Assembly (NCBI RefSeq): GCF_006345805.1
Contig: NC_043000.1
Location: 155,434,001-155,498,000, forward strand
Length of the DNA stretch: 64,000 nucleotides
Direction of reading: 5' to 3'
DNA from: Octopus sinensis
Taxonomy: Eukaryota
Position numbers and translations under genes: made by a program. The notes below the pieces were generated by a model. The model was not told the DNA's origin and made no database searches. It worked only from the letters and a program-made list of their open reading frames with translations. Within the stretch, counting starts at the first letter, position 1, and each line of letters opens with the position of its first letter. This document shows, in pieces, positions 52,300 through 64,000 of this stretch.

Positions 52300-55200
52300 G
52301 TGTCATCCTAATACAGCATCAGTAGATAATAGAACAAGGAGGAGGGCGTGCACCAGTGACCAGAACAGCATAAGGATACAGTGCTACTTAGAAAGTGAAG
52401 GGGCTATAGAAAACGGATGTTAACACATTGGGTAGAGAAGGGTATGTTTAAAGTGAATGAGCAGAGATTAGTTGATCAAGCTAATGCTATTAGGTGAAGA
52501 AAGTGGATGACAGAATTGGAGGTAGAAGAGATCACAAGAGAACTGGAAAAGAAAGACTTGGCTGTGGGAAAGACAAACTATAACATCAGAGATACATCTC
52601 AAACCAAAGAAGTAACTAAAGAAAAAATAATAATAGCGCTATCAATAAGGAAGGGACAAGTGATTTAATTGCAGAAGATCAGAAAATTTTAGATGAGTTG
52701 AAGGAAGTCGTGAGTAAAGAAGTAAGAAAAAATTGTCAGCATTAAAAGACAATAAGGAAGCTACAAGAAATGACTTGGTAAACAGATTCTGTTATCAGGA
52801 GGATAGATGCTAAAAATATAGAAGACACTTACTTATTAATCCATGCAGGATGGGTAGTAGTCACCAGAAGATTAGATATCTCACAGGGAAAGATTAAAAT
52901 AGGGCAAATGTGGAAAAGGAGACTACAAAATAAAGCGAAGACTTTAAGATAAGATCTGAGTAGAATAGAAGCCTGGAAACCGAAAAAAGGAAACACAAGA
53001 GGCAAATTTTGCCTCGGGGAAAAATACTTAGTCAAAGAAAAAGGATTTGGGACAATAATAGAAGAGTTAAAACAGGATATCATAGCAGTAGCAGGCAAGC
53101 TCTCCAGATATCAGAAAAGAATAGATCAGTATCAAAAGAATAGATTATTTGAGACAGACCAGAGAAGATTTTATAACCAAATAAACAGTGGAGAACGAAG
53201 TACTGAAGATGTAAAAGCTAACGCATAGGAAGCTAGAAGGTTCTGGAGTAATATTTGGAATAAACCAGTCAATCATAATGGAGATGCAGTATGGTTAAAG
53301 AAAGTGAGGGAAGAAGTAGTGAGTGAGAAGCAGCCAGATCTAAGATTACCTAGTGCATTAATGAGTAAATTGTTAGGAAAAATGCCGAATTGGAAGGTAG
53401 AAGAGATCACAAGAGAACTGAAAAAGAAAAACTAGGCAGTGGGAAAGACAAACTATAACATCAGAGAAACATCTCAAACCAAAGAAGTACCTAAAGAAAA
53501 AATAATAATAGCGCTATCAATTCTCTTGTGATCTCTTCAACCTTCCAGAATTAGTTCGATGGTACTGGCTAAAGGAATTCAGTAGTTTGCGTAGGAGGCT
53601 GAGCGAACAACTTCAGGATTGCCTTAATGGAGGAATAATACCAGCTTGGATGAGTAGAAAGAGGACAATACTCATTATGAAGGATAAGAACAAAGGTAAT
53701 ACGACTAGCAACTACAGACTAATCACTTGCTTACTATTACTGTGGAAGTTGTTAACATGAATGCTTTCAGAAAGTATTACTAGCGCCTTGACAACCAGAA
53801 TTTACTACCAGAAGAACAGAAAGGTTGCAGGAAGAAGGCTAAAGTAACACCTGATCTATTACATATAGACAAAGCAGTTCTAAATGAAGTAAAATCTAGA
53901 AAGAAAAATCTAACAATAGCACGAATAGGTTATAGGAAATCTTATGACATGATCCCATACTCATGGATAAGTGAGTGTTTGAGCATATTCTGTGTAGCAG
54001 ACAACATAAGAAAATTAATTAGCTTTAGCATGAAGAAATGGAAAGTAGTTCTATAGCCAGGTGACACACTCCTAGGAAAAGTTAATATCAAAAGCGGAAT
54101 TTTCCAGGAAGACTCTTTGTCCACTTTATTATTTGTTGTATGTTTGATTTCCCACAATTTAGAATTAAGAACGGCAAAGGCAGGGTATCAGTTCAGAAAT
54201 AGTAATAGAAAAATTAACCGTTTGCTCTATATGGATGATCTGAAGCATTTTAGTAAGAATGAAAAATATAGATTCCTTAATACAGATTGTAAGACACTTC
54301 AGCAAAGATATAGGCATGGAATTTGGCATAGATAGGAGTGCAATATTAGTCATGAGAATGGGACAGGTAGACAGCAGCGAAGGCATCCAATTACCAGATG
54401 GCCAACATTAAAATCATTGAAAGAAGTAGCAGAATCTGACAGACTACTAACTACAGAAATAGAAACGAAAATTGAGGAGTACAGCAGAAGTGTGAAGAAG
54501 CTAATGAAGTCAAAGCTAAATGGTCCGAATCTAGCGAAGGCTATAAATACTTGGGCAGTAGCATTATTTAGATACTCAGCAGCTTTTGCACATTGGACAA
54601 AAACTGAATTAGCAAAGCTAGACAGAAGAACTAGGAAAGAATTCAATATGAATGGGGAACTCCACCCAAGGGAAGGAGTAGCAAGACTATACCTACCTAG
54701 AACGGAAAATGGAAGAGGGTTAATATCAATGGAAGATTGCGTGGAGTTAGAGAGAGTAGATATAGGATTCTATGTAGGTAATAGTGAAGAAAGTTTATTA
54801 AAGGCTGCTAGAGTCACAGCAAGACGGAAAACAAAACACCAAGCGAACGTAAAAACCAGAAAAAAGAACAGAAATTATCTGACTGGCAGGAGAGGGCGTT
54901 GCATGATATATTCCCAAAGATAGATTCAGCATATAGTAGCAGTGAGACATGGTTATGACTGCAGAAGGAAAAGCTGAAGAGGGAGATAGAATGTTTGTTT
55001 GTAGCTGCACAAGATCTAGCATTAAGGACTAATTGGGTAAAAGCCAAAATGGACAAAATCCAAGTAGATTCCCAATGTAATTCCCAATGCAAATCAAAAG
55101 AGGAAAACGTTATTCATATAGTAAGTGAATGTAGAATGCTGGCAGAGAAAGAATGCAAGAAAATACATGACAATCTAGAGAGAGCAATCCACTGGGAGCT

Positions 55201-55560
55201 TTGTAGAAAGCTAGGATTGAGCATACTGATAAATGGTATGAACATGGACCTAGTAAAGTACTAGAAGGTAAGAAAAACAAGATGATGTGGGACTTTAACA
55301 TTCTGACTGACAGAGTAACAGAAGCTAGAATGACTGATTCGGAATAGAAAGTTCCAGATAATTGACTTTACAATCCCAAATGATGAAAACATTAATATGT
55401 GGAGTATAGAAAAAATAACAAAATGCCAGCACCTAAACATAGAATTACAGAGACTATGAAAAGTGTCGGTAAAATGTATCCCAGTAGTTATAGCTGCAAT
55501 GGGAACTATCCCTAAATATATGAACAGACGGATAGAGGAGATAGGCATAAAACCTAGTTG
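52300..55560 (+). mobile_element. Near full-length R4/Dong-type (RLE) non-LTR retrotransposon pseudogene
   Basis: Motifs in order: DQRRFY, MPNWK, NYRLITCL, PEEQKGCR, YDMIPYSWI, GIFQEDSLSTLLF, RLLYMDDLK, KAINTWAV, RLYLPR..GRGL, AAQDLAL, HIVSEC, WDF, IIDFTIP, IPVVIAAMG. Many stops and frameshifts. Confidence 0.92.
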
Positions 55561-58500
55561 TAACTACTCAAACAGTCGCTTGATCAGATTATAACACGAC
55601 CAAACTAATCAGTGTATAACAATCATATCTTTTGACGGCCATTAATCTTACTGAAGGTGTGCTTTTCAAGAATGTAAATTTTAATGTATTTGAAGAGCAA
55701 AAACCTCGGCGTGTTTAGGAAGCATATAAGAAATTTACCCTTTTTACTGAAATCAATCTGTATATTATACTTGAGTTCTTTAAATTTGAAGGCCTCTGAA
55801 GCCCTGTCTCTTCACCATACGAATGAGCGGGGTTCACATAGTGTGTCTTAGCGTGCTTACATTTCTACCGGTAATACCATCTACATGATGAATTAGCAAT
55901 AAGGAATTACCAACAAAAACTATCATATGAGTATTATATCACTCTTAAGTAGTCGCCCTCAAGTTACATCTTCGCTCGTGTAGACATTTCCTTCATATTT
56001 TCAAATCAAAATTTCGTCGAAATTATCTGCTAATGCGTTCGCAAGTGGCAATTATAAGTGTGGTTTTCTAGACAGTTAAAATTAACAAGACAGATATATC
56101 AAGCCTGCTAAGCTTAAAAACAAAAAAAGGAGAAAGAAAGAAAAATATAATCATCATTACCAAGAAAAGTAGGCATGCCCTAACTAGGAACTGAGTAACA
56201 ATTCCCAGTCAGTAACGATACAGACTGAGTCGGAGACTCAGTGTTTTAGTTTACCTCTGTCACTTACTGGACAAAATAAATGGGCATCAGAGAATCTTAT
56301 GCATATATATTAAAGTGTGAAACCAATATTACTTTTGTTATTGATATAGCTGATTTCGATATGATTGATGTTGTGATAGTAAAAACTGAATAGTGGAGAT
56401 AAATTATTGACACGTCGAGTATATAACTCATTGTTGATTACGTTTAGACATATTTCACTTTATATAAAACTCTAATCTCGTTTGCAAAAAAAAGAGAGAA
56501 AGATGAAAAAAAACACACCTCCCCATACTCTTTCCCAATCATTTTCAACAATTTTGGCGAGCAACGTAAAAAGAGGAAGGTAAAAGAGGAGGTGGAATAG
56601 TATAGAAAAAGATCGTGTGTGTGCGTGTGTGTGTGTGTTTGTGTGTGAGAATGCGTGTTTGTGTATATGTGCATGTGTAAGTGTCTGTAAATGTATGGTG
56701 GATACAAAATGATGGCAGTCAAGAGACATATCTCACTGTTTATTGTAATCTACATGATCTGTCTTTTAGAAGATGGATAACACACTGTTTTATATTATTG
56801 TGTATATATGTGCATGTACGTGTGTGTGTGCTTCGCAGTAACAGAATACTGTCAACATTAAGTCAAGACTTGAGTTAATCAGTCTCACTGTAGGAAACAT
56901 TCATTATACGTAATTCGTATTCTTGATGTGCTCACTAACTGTAAAGACAGTAATTATATCGAGAAAACCACACAACGAAAACTAAAATTAGTTTGTGGTA
57001 GGAAATGATCTTTGACATTTGCAAGTAAATCGGCCAGATATATAGGATTTCACCCACCGCTGACTTTATTTAATTGACCATCAGTTTCCCGGTGATTAGA
57101 ATGGCTATTATTGATTCTTCGATTAACTGATATCAAATTCCCTTTCTCACTGATTGATCAACACTTATATTGGGGGTAATGTCACGCATTGCAACATTTT
57201 GTTCTAAATTGCCCACCTTAACATTGAATTTTAAGCCATATTGACTAACTAACTTTAATTAAAATAATAGAGAAAGAAAGAAAAAGACATTTAGAATCAA
57301 TTAATGAAATCTCTGATAGGCGAAGTAATTATAAAACTGGTGTTGTTACATAGTCAAAAAGAGAAAGTTTTGTGGAAGTTTGATATACTTAATAGATACA
57401 ACACTGGGTATTGGCGATAATTGCTGCCGATGCTTTAGCTCTATCTTGAAGAAGTAACAGCTAAATGTCCCTCCAATTACTCAAATTCAATGTTTGAAAA
57501 AAGTACATCTCACTGCCCGAAACATTTCCTGATATGCCATAAGAAGAAATAGTCATGAGAGGAACATCTGTGATCAGAGACTTGCTCGATCAAAGCTGAT
57601 ATGAAATTTAAACGATATGTGGTGATTAATTTATTACCTCAAATGTATAAAATGAGAAATTCCCTAAAGAATCGTTTCGGTTAAAATCTACATATATAAA
57701 ACTAAGTAATACCACCAAGTTATTCCGTGCAGCTTTCGACCAAACGCAGTGGATATAAGACTGAAATATAGCGTGCAGATAATGGTAATTCAGTTTAATA
57801 TTCTGGTGCAATATCGATAAACTTATTGGTAACAACATGAACATAATAATAAATATGATTACACACAACATACCTACACATACATAACTTACACACGCAC
57901 ACGTGTGTGCATGCGTGTGTATCTATATATACTGAAATAGACACGCCACCTCAAAATGTTTTGCTGTTATCTTCGCAAGTTATCTTGGTATCAATGCCAG
58001 TCATATTATGCATGAGTTGTGAATATTCTACTGGTGCCTAAAGTTGTTTTGGAATCCATTTTTTAAAATAATTAGTGGTTTATGTATATCAGTTAACATA
58101 AGTGTAATGACCTCACATCGAGCTCAACAACATGGAAAGATCTTCTTTGGTTCTCAACACTCTCTACTGACTAAATAATTTGGGGGATGGATTATGCTGA
58201 TTTAATCAATTCTAGCATCTAAATAGTACTTTTTTTCTTCTACTGAACACTGAAAGAATGAAAGACAAATTCATTATTAGCAGAATATGAATTTAGAACA
58301 TAAAAATATCAAATTAAATATCCCAATGTATTTGATCCAACGCGCTTATGTTTCTGGCAGCCAATGCTTTCTTCAGATTAAATCCTTAAAACCCTTAAAA
58401 ATCGTTCAGCGCGAAAGCTGCGGCCATACTGGGGCACCACCGTTGGAATTGCATAACATATTAAGAATTTTCCGTCAAACTTACAGGTGATACGCTAAGG

Positions 58501-58793
58501 GGAAAAAAAGGTCTTCACAAAGTTCTGAGCTGAAATATTTACATGATAATATAGTAATCACAGAATTTCGATATGCTACTTGCCTATGAAATTATGGATT
58601 TGATCATTTCTTTTCAGATAAGCACTAACATAGTGTAAATTGACAAAGCAATATGTGAACCATATTCTATCAACTTTGGTATGTCTCACAGTTATCCTAT
58701 TTTCGCTACACTTTTGATCCAGCACATCAGCAATCTGCACTCTTTCTCTCGTTACACATACTCCATATCAAGTTTTTCCTTATTAACAATATT

Positions 58794-59023
58794 TATTTTT
58801 TACTACCCACAAGGGGCTAAACACAGAGGGGACAAACAAGAACAGACAAACGGATTAAGTCGATTACATCGACCCCAGTGCGTAACTGGTACTTAATTTA
58901 TCGACCCCGAAAGGATGAAAGGCAAAGTTGACCTCGGCGGAATTTGAACTCAGAACGTAACGGCAGACGAAATACGGCTACGAATTTCGCCCGGTGTGCT
59001 AACGTTTCTGCCAGCTCGCCGCC
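58794..59023 (-). mobile_element. SINE-B, full length, young
   Basis: Perfect 18-bp TSD TTCCTTATTAACAATATT at 58776-58793 and 59024-59041. Confidence 0.93.
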
Positions 59024-59112
59024 TTCCTTATTAACAATATTGCTAACCCTTTCTTGCCACAGTATCAACTCTTCAGAATTGAATTCCCTCCTGCTTCTTC
59101 CTATTGATCACA

Positions 59113-59458
59113 CATGCTGGAGCACCGCCTTTAGTCGAGCAAATCGACCCCGGGACTTATTCTATCGGTCTCTTTTGCCGAACCGCTAAGTGACGGGGAC
59201 GTAAACACACCAGCATCGGTTGTCAAGCAATGCTAGGGGGACAAACACAGACACACAAACATATACACACACACTTACATATATATACATATATACGACA
59301 GGCTTCTTTCAGTTTCCGTCTACCAAATCCACTCACAAGGCATTGGTCGGCCCGAGGCTATAGTAGAAGACACTTGCCCAAGATGCCACGCAGTGGGACT
59401 GAACCTGGAACCATGTGGTTGGTAAACAAGCGACTTACCACACAGCCACTCCTGCGCC
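59113..59458 (-). mobile_element. SINE-A lacking the extreme 3' tail
   Basis: Matches the family, with a small internal deletion. Confidence 0.9.
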
Positions 59459-59746
59459 TATATATTAGCTGATGTTTCTAACAGATCATATAAACGCTTA
59501 GCGATACCTGCTTTGGCTTATGACACAACATGGTGACGATGAAGAAGAGAAGATGGTTCATTTATAATAATCAGGAGCGGCAGCAATAACAGAGACATTT
59601 TATTATTCTTCAGTTTCTCGTCTTTCTTCTTTTTCCCTCCTCCTCCTCCTCCCTTATCATTTTCAATTTTTCCTTCATTCATTTCGTTGTTCGTATCATA
59701 GTGTAACCACCATTAAACATATTACAGTTGACTTATAGTTAAAACG

Positions 59747-60110
59747 TGGAGGCGCAATGGCCCAGTGGTTAGGGCAGCGGACTCGCGGTCGTAGGATCGC
59801 GGTTTCGATTCCCAGACCGGGCGTCGTGAGTGTTTATTGAGCGAAAACACCTAAAGGGATGGTGGTGATCCCTGCTGTACTCTTTCACCACAACTTTCTC
59901 TCACTCTTACTTCCTGTTTCTGTTGTACCTGTATTTCAAGGGGCCGGCCTTGTCACTCTCTGTGTCACGCTGAATATCCCCGAGAACTACGTTAAGGGTA
60001 CACGTGTCTGTGGAGTGCTCAGCCACTTACACGTTAATTTCACGAGCAGGCTGTTCCGTTGATTCGGATCAACCGGAACCCTCGTCGTCATAACCGACGG
60101 AGTGCTTCCA
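59747..60110 (+). mobile_element. SINE-C, tail type 3
   Basis: Same tRNA head and body. Distinct tail CTGTTTCTGTTGTACC..GTGCTCAGCCACTTACACG..GGAGTGCTTCCA. Confidence 0.9.
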
Positions 60111-60544
60111 TAGGAAAAAACATTCATGCCTGAGGATGTTCCACCGAGTATTCTGATTGCGACCACATTGTCTGTAATGTCGGAAAGTCATGCTTAGATT
60201 ACCGACTGAAAAATTGTCGCCATTTATAAAAAAAATAAAGAGATTTCATTTTAATAGAAGTTTTGATGCCAGACTCAGCAGATCTAGCGACTTTATTTTA
60301 CTTTTTCTCTTGGTCGCACCTCAGCTCTTACTTGTTGGTTATGATGATGGATTACTGATCCGGTTATTTTGTTTGTTTGTTTTTTGGTTTCCATGTTGTG
60401 TCTTCCTTTAATTCGTTGTTTTATATAGTTTATCATTTACTTCATTTCCCATTCGTTTTCATTATTTTCTCTCCCTTTTCATCTTTTCCCCTCTTCTTTT
60501 TAGTTTCCTCTTCAGTCTCTTCTTCTTCTCCCCCTCCTTCTCCT

Positions 60545-60582
60545 TATCATCATTATTATCATCATTATCATCATCCTCATCA

Positions 60583-60630
<48 letters not shown>

Positions 60631-60631
60631 C

Positions 60632-60683
<52 letters not shown>

Positions 60684-60772
60684 GTTGTTATTATTATTAT
60701 TATTATTATTCCTATTATTATTATTATTTATTATTATTATTGTTATTATTATTATTATTATCATTACTATTA

Positions 60773-60803
<31 letters not shown>

Positions 60804-60862
60804 CATTACTATTATTGTTATTATTATTATTATTATTATTATCATTACTATTATTGTTGTTG

Positions 60863-60918
<56 letters not shown>
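60545..60918. repeat. (TAT)n/(CAT)n trinucleotide repeat
   Basis: Read directly from the sequence. Confidence 0.95.
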
Positions 60919-60919
<1 letters not shown>

Positions 60920-61469
60920 CTATTCTTTTCCACTTCATTTTCACTTTCTATTCTTTTTTTTCTGACTCCTTCTCCGTGTCTTTGTTTCCCTCTCTCTCTC
61001 TCTCTCTCTCTCTCATTCTTTCCCTCTTTCTCCCTCTCACGCTCTCTTCTCCATTGATTTATCTTTGTCTTAGATATTTATAAATGCTAAGAATCGATCA
61101 ACTCTTGATTACTGCAAGAATAAGCGGACGAAGGCGAGGAAATTGAAATAAAAAATGAATGAAAGCAAAAGAGTGAGACCTATACAAATATATCTCTGTG
61201 TATATGTGAGTGTGTGTGTGTGTGTGTGTGTGTGCGTGTGTGTGTATGTCTTTGTGGGCGTGCGTATGACCACCATATATGGATATGTGTGCTTATAGAT
61301 ACATACATACAAATAAGAACATACGGGACAACTGCAGACATGTGTATATAATTATGTGTGTATAAGTGTGTGTACGTAAGTGTGTTTGTGTGTGTTGTGT
61401 GTGATTATCATTATGTTTACAAATGTGTATGGTGACTGTTTTTTTCTTGTATATTGATGTGGGTGAAAG

Positions 61470-61490
61470 ATATATATACATATATATATG

Positions 61491-61540
<50 letters not shown>

Positions 61541-61608
61541 TATGTATGTATATTTATGCACATACACACATATATACATATATTTACACATATATATATA
61601 TATATATG

Positions 61609-61646
<38 letters not shown>

Positions 61647-61754
61647 GCATACATATATATCTATATATAAGTATAATTATGTGTGGTGTTTATATATATA
61701 TATATGTATATATATAATATATATATATGTTATATATATATATATATGTATATA

Positions 61755-61839
<85 letters not shown>

Positions 61840-61872
61840 ATACATACATACATTTATATATATATGTATATA
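61470..61872. repeat. (TA)n-rich microsatellite
   Basis: Read directly from the sequence. Confidence 0.95.
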
Positions 61873-64000
61873 TGGTAGAAAAAAAATAGAGAAAGAGGTG
61901 GAGGGATAATATAAAAAAATGTGAGAGGGATTGAGTGTGAGACAGAAGATGTGGATTTATGCATGAAAAGGAAAAGGAAAGACTCTATGAACAAAGAATA
62001 CGGACGTTTCTAATATTAACAGTATTGTTTACAAAAATTTCAAGGAGGGAAGACTATTGAAGCTCGTTTTATTACAGACGTTTTTGTTAGTTTACCATCA
62101 TCCTACTTTTATTTCTTTCTTGCTATCTTTCTTCGTTTTATTTATTTAGTTATTTATTATTCTGTTTCTCTTTGAAGACAGATCACCTAGAATAAAGTAT
62201 TATGCTGTTGTTATAATTGTGGTCATTGTTTTTGTTGATTTTGTGTCCGTTGTTTGGAGTTTTATTCGCCGAGATATGTGAGTGTATGTGTGTTACTGTG
62301 TTTGTCGATATTTGGTGGAGATAGGTATATCTTGTATGTAGACATGTTTAGGTGTTTATGTATACATATCGACGCATATATGTATATGTATGTACGTGTG
62401 TTTGTCTTCTGCATTTTTTTCATCTTTAGTCGAATTTTGTTTTGTTTTTTTTTTCATTTCATTGATAGAGAACCCACTTGTTACCTGTCTGATTCACAGT
62501 AATGATGGAGTTGCGTGCCTGAGAACATTCGCGCAACAAAGTTGTGGAAAAGAAGGAAAAATAAAGAGAAAATGGCAAACAAAATGAAACGAAAGAACAT
62601 AGGATATAAGAAATAAATGAAAATCGATATACAGAAAGATAGATTGATAGACAGAAAGAAAGATAAATTGAAGTACATCGTTTTAAAGTGTTGTTTCATT
62701 GTTAGTTGAAAGAAAAGTTTTAGTTTGTCTTTTTTATATGTTGTTTTCGGGTCTATATTAAAAATAGTGTCTGCACACGCATGTGTGAATATTTAAAACA
62801 ATAGTCTATACACGCATGTGTATATATCTGAAAGAGAGATTGTATGCGCATGCGGACGGCTGTTTACTTTATTTAATAGGTTTATTGATTGAGGAAAGCC
62901 AAGTGTGTGCTCGGATTGGCGACAATAGTTAACCCAATACATCGTTAATACATCGTTAATCGAATTCATAACCAAGGTAATTCTGCGATGTCATACTTAT
63001 CCTTCTCCCCACTAGAAACTATATTAGGGCATATAGCAGCATGGTTCTGCAAGTTATTTTCGGTGCCTAAGATTACATGAATCCCTGCCTGGTTGATAAA
63101 TTCTTTGTCCTTAAATTCTGGCAGAGTTGGTTTTCGGAATGAGTATACGACGTATATCCTCCTGTGTTCTAAATGTATTCATTCAATGAAAATTGTCAAT
63201 TTCAATAACGTTAATTTTACATCAGACAAAAACTATAACACAATACAGTTCCTTTTCTTTTCCTTTTGCTGATTTCAGTCAAAGGCTATGGCCATGCTGG
63301 AGGGTCTACCTTTGTGGAACATGCTTAATGTAAAGCTCTACAAACTGTATTTGTAGAGCATTGCATTACACATTCCTAGAACTCATTCACGAAAACATTT
63401 GATAGTAAAAACCATACGGTTTTTCAGAATAAGGTCTTATTCGCTTCGCCTGGAGGAAAAGGGGACAGTGGGCATGACACATTATAGGACCTCTGAATTT
63501 GACTTAGGAAGTTATCCTTAAGCCAGAGACCTACGTATCTCGAATGCTTGCAACATTGTTCATCGTTAAATGTTCGCAAGAACCACCTAGGGCTAAACCT
63601 GACAACAGATTAGCTACCTATGTAGAGCTACACAAAGAACAAGATCAGACAACGCAAAACATCGGGTCGACGTTTAACTATTTCGTCCGAGACTAGCATT
63701 TTAGTATATCGACACAGCAAGCATGAAAGGCAAAGTTGACCTCTGCACAGTTAGAACTTGAGAAAGTGTTATAAATACTACAAGACAAATGCCTGATGCC
63801 GCAAAGACTCAGCTTCTTCACCGTCTTTTGGCAATACAAATGTTTGGGGTCGCGAATGTGTCTGGTTCTCTCCTCTCACAAGCTTTGAGTGCTTAAAACA
63901 ACTATTCTTATATTGGATAAAAAGTCGAACAGCAGAAGTATATAACAGAGATATATGGAAATAGTAAACAAGCAGGGTCCGTGGAAATTCAAGGGTATAA

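Noticed and set aside
56204-56270. Hairpin ACTGAGTC-GGA-GACTCAGT with an outer CCAGT/ACTGG stem
   Set aside because: The pairing is too short and irregular for a pre-miRNA, and I recognise no known mature miRNA.

Overview
Eukaryotic, AT-rich, repeat-dominated DNA, very probably from an octopus genome. This is inferred from recognising the SINE families and the extreme microsatellite load; it was not checked by search. No intact host protein-coding gene can be supported: most entries in the ORF track are microsatellite or SINE artefacts. The window holds about 30 copies of three tRNA-derived SINE groups (my labels A, B, C). It also holds dead LINEs (CR1/L2-type, RTE, R4/Dong), a Penelope-like element, mariner deletion derivatives, MITEs, a non-autonomous Helitron, possible hAT fossils, an N-gap and a 1.9-kb tandem duplication. 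The most interesting observations are six minimal hammerhead-ribozyme-like motifs in Penelope-type repeats, an RTE insertion with a twin-priming-style 5' inversion, a LINE whose 3' end matches the SINE-A tail, modular tail swapping among SINE-C copies, and a CRE/X-box/TATA cluster next to the gap. I found no evidence of a wholly new gene system.
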